Shown here one piece after another: positions 61,814 to 64,000 of a DNA stretch of 64,000 bases (positions within the stretch are counted from its first letter, which is position 1; each line of letters begins with the position of its first letter). The stretch covers positions 9,362,001 to 9,426,000 of the forward strand of contig JBHGNT010000018.1 in NCBI GenBank assembly GCA_043228905.1. Reading direction: 5' to 3'. The notes below the pieces were generated by a model. It searched no databases. It was not told the origin of the DNA and worked only from the letters and a program-made list of their open reading frames with translations. This DNA comes from Azolla caroliniana (Eukaryota > Plantae > Polypodiophyta). Position numbers and translations under genes: made by a program.

Positions 61814-64000
61814 ATGAGTGAAGATTCATCGTTCTCGATTGAAGAATATTGTTTGTCATCAGACCCATCGTTTTCTACTAAAGAGTATTGTTTGTCATCA
61901 GAGTCACCATATTCGATTGAAGAATATTGTCTGTCGACCGACTCACCATATTCTATCGAAGAATATTGTCTGAGCTCATCTACAGGGAATGTAAATAATG
62001 ACACATGTGAAGAGTTCTCTATTGAAGAATACGATATTAATAAAGATACCAAGAATGAAGGAAGTGCCCAGGAAACATTGAATAACATTGGCGATGGTCA
62101 CAGCAAAGAATTAGACTGTAACAAGGTTACACCAACCTCTATGCAGGAAGAGAAATCTGGGAGCCCTATGCATATTAGAAGAATCCCACGAAGAATTCGT
62201 CTAGCTAGATTTAGCTTGGTGACATCAGATAAACAGATTGGATTTGATGTCAACAAAATATGTTGTGCTCGTGGTTGTATGTCTATGATTGGAAAATCAA
62301 AGTTGCGAGAATTAAGGCGATACTATTTTTCGATGACCGGTATGAGCAAGACACTTACCTTGGGTCACATATGCAACTAGTATCTGACAAATGTACGGGG
62401 ATCAAAGTATCATTCGAGTATTATATCTTCCATGCGCAACAGATATGTAGAGTTGCATTCAAAATTGCGTTATGTGTTAGTAACATGCGGCTACATAGAG
62501 TACAACAACGTCTACTTAGCGGGGATCAGATGCTCAATTGTAAAGAGGTTCCAAGTATGAAAGGTGCAATTGGAAGACTAGCTATTGGCTGGATGAAAAC
62601 TTAGTTTCAGTTAAATTGTGAAGTAATGCCCACTACAGGTAGGATGCATCTTTCTGATAATTATACACGTCGGGAAGTTTATGATGTCTATCGATCTGAT
62701 ATGTTGGGCTCACGTAATAAGTCGATCACATATAGCCAATTCACAAGATTATGGAGAGCTCGGTTTTCAAATGTTATTATTCCTCGTAAAGTACGTATGG
62801 GGTATTGCTCCATTTGTGCAAATCTTAAAAGTTTGGCTAAAGGTGCAAAGACATCAATGGAAAAGGATACGAGTAAGAAGTTACTACAAGAGCATCGTGA
62901 GGCACAATCCTTAGAACGAAGGAAGGCGATGCATCATAGAGAGAAGTGTTTGAAGAGGCCCGAACAATACATGTGCTTAATGATAGATGGCATGGACCAA
63001 AAGAAGACATGCTTGCCGCATATGCGGAGGCTCCCCAAAGATGTCAATGATGAGTGCCTTGTTCAAATGCACTTGGTGGGATGCTTGGCTTATAATAGGT
63101 CTGTTTGACCTCACGTCTTCATTACTTACCCCAATGTTCACAATGACCCTAACCTAACAGTTACAGTGATTCACCGAGTTTTGATGTCTTGGGGACAACC
63201 TTTCCCCCTTGTTCTATACATTCAATTGGACAATACTGCTAGAGAGAACAAAAATTCAACTGTATTTGGCTATCTAAGTATGTTGGTCAACCTAGAATTG
63301 TTTAGGAAAGTGAAAGTCAATTTCCTTTTGGTTGGCCACACACATGACCATATAGATCAGATGTTTAGCACATTCTCCAGACAGTTGTCTCGGCATGATG
63401 CTTTCACTTTACCTAAACTATTTGATGTCATTTGTGATGCTTATACACCACGCCCAAAAGTGTTACACTTGAAGGAGGTATATGACTTTAAGAGATATAT
63501 ATTAGATGGGGGTGGTGGGAATGTTAAAGTGCTTGCTCAGTTAAACAATATAAGTTTCAATCACATTTTTTTGATAAAGAAAAATGGAATAAGTGGTTCT
63601 ACACTTTTGTATGCCAAACAATATTCATCTTCTACAACATGGGAACCTGAAGGTGGTTGCCAGTTATTACTTTGTATGCCGAGTACAATTGTCCATGGAG
63701 CTAAGCAAATGCCAATTGAGAAGAAAGGACAGTTGCAGAGCGACTTGGTATCAGAACAAAAACGGTCATGGCTCCAAGCCTTAGAAGAAAAAAGAAAGCA
63801 TATTGAGGCCGCCAAGAAATATGCCGCACAACAAGACACGTCATGGTGGGATGTATTTTATAGTGATCAGAAAGAAATTATAGACAATTGTGTATCTGTT
63901 GATAATTGGAATTTGGAAACGCCATTCACATGGTCGCTGCAACATGATCGCGTAAATAGAAGTCCGGAGCAACTAGTAAATGCGATTAATGACAGCTTGG
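61814..64000 (+). pseudogene. RNase H-fold DDE transposase-like gene (DUF7869/Sola1-like motifs), disrupted, runs off the window
   Basis: CC.RGC, QICRVAF, CSIC, LMIDGMDQKK (62986), YIQLDNTARENKN (63229) and FLLVGHTHDHIDQMFS (63334). Frameshift at ~62340, stops at 62602 and 63106, then open to 64000. Confidence 0.8.
61820..61985 (+). repeat. 39-bp coding tandem repeat (SIEEYCLSS, 4 copies) at the transposase N-terminus
   Basis: GAA(G/T)ATTGT(T/C)TG recurs at a 39-bp period. Confidence 0.85.

Noticed and set aside
63748-63758. TGGTATCAGA as an iMet PBS
   Set aside because: It lies inside the open transposase frame with no adjacent LTR end, so it is likely a chance match.

Overview
Eukaryotic, heterochromatin-like plant DNA, most likely a moss/bryophyte (inferred from a Tcn1-type chromovirus, Bryco-like Copia elements and plant-type tRNAs). 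No ordinary host protein gene was recognised. About 55 kb (1-55.7 kb) is a deep nest of Ty1/Copia and Ty3/Gypsy LTR retrotransposons, many with resolvable LTRs, PBS, PPT and TSDs, plus pieces of a ~1.2-kb repeat unit carrying tRNA-Pro and tRNA-Val. The last ~8 kb (55.7-64 kb) is different and is the best candidate for an undescribed system. On the minus strand it has an intron-containing gene fusing a ParB/Srx-like domain to a bacterial/phage-type beta-class amino DNA methyltransferase (DIPY ... QKP ... DLFSGTGTT). On the plus strand, divergently, it has an RNase H-fold DDE transposase-like gene. Between them is a phased array (51-bp period) of long palindromes. Both genes carry a few inactivating mutations in this copy. 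Other notable signals: Gypsy-type elements with tRNA-Trp PBS that stack at an (A/G)CGT 4-bp target, tRNA-like A/B-box modules in the U3 of three LTR families, and a self-priming structure in the Tcn1-like element. All family names come from motif recognition by eye, not database searches.
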